Below are positions 7,162 to 7,548 of a DNA stretch of 7,548 bases, piece by piece (position 1 is the first letter of the stretch; the number at the start of each line of letters is the position of its first letter). Both the position numbers and the translations under genes were made by a program. The DNA lies in contig JBLWGC010000091.1 of NCBI GenBank assembly GCA_048772705.1, positions 1 to 7,548 on the forward strand. The letters run 5' to 3'. The DNA is from Leidyana gryllorum EB-2025a. Lineage: Eukaryota; Protista; Apicomplexa. The notes under the pieces are model-generated. The model had not been told where the DNA came from. It searched no databases and worked only from the letters and a program-made list of their open reading frames with translations.

Positions 7162-7512
7162 TCATCTTCGTGCTTTCTCTTGTCCAATCGCAAGCATTTG
7201 AACCCACCCTTCTCGCATGCCCTCGAAAAGCCCTGGAATGTATTTCGCGACCCAAGCCGCTTGCAAATTGGCACCGATCGCTACCTCTCTTCGGCCTGAT
7301 TCACAGGTAGGGCTAATTGCGCACAACTCCCAGGGATGCCCGCCCATTGCCCCCTCTTCGCCTGCGATATGCCGAGCAAGCAGAGATAAACATTCTGCAT
7401 ACACCCCCTCATTTCGCCTGTATGCGCAGCCGCCCAATTCATAGAGTTGACGTAGAACCACTTTTGCCTCCGTCATGCAGACTGCACGATTCGGCGGATG
7501 CCTAACAGTCAT
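7162..7512 (-). CDS. Possible hypothetical protein or exon
   Basis: 116-codon ATG-initiated ORF with globular-like composition. No homology recognised. Confidence 0.3.
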   Translation of the reverse strand: MTVRHPPNRAVCMTEAKVVLRQLYELGGCAYRRNEGVYAECLSLLARHIAGEEGAMGGHPWELCAISPTCESGRREVAIGANLQAAWVAKYIPGLFEGMREGWVQMLAIGQEKARR

Positions 7513-7548
7513 ACATAATTACACGGCGCGCAATTCGAGATACAGTGC

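Overview
Eukaryotic genomic DNA (~55% GC, short 40-67 nt GT-AG introns; taxon not determinable from the sequence). Positions 1-3586 hold the 3' part of a multi-exon + strand gene encoding a large, unassigned protein with a Pro/Ser-rich disordered C-terminus. The main observation is at 4572-5057: two head-to-head genes for divergent U2-snRNA-like RNAs (~184 and ~188 nt). They keep the U2 fold (stem I, IIa, IIb, IIc, III, IV, with compensatory changes between the copies). Both have an altered branch-point recognition sequence (GUAAUA / GUAAUU instead of GUAGUA) and a non-canonical Sm site (UAUUUCUCC). Each has a copy of the same upstream element ending about 25 nt before its start. An unexplained, strongly base-paired non-coding region lies at ~3830-4080. 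The right-hand third contains fragmented ORFs (a probable minus-strand multi-exon or degenerate gene, plus two uncertain ORFs) with no recognisable family.
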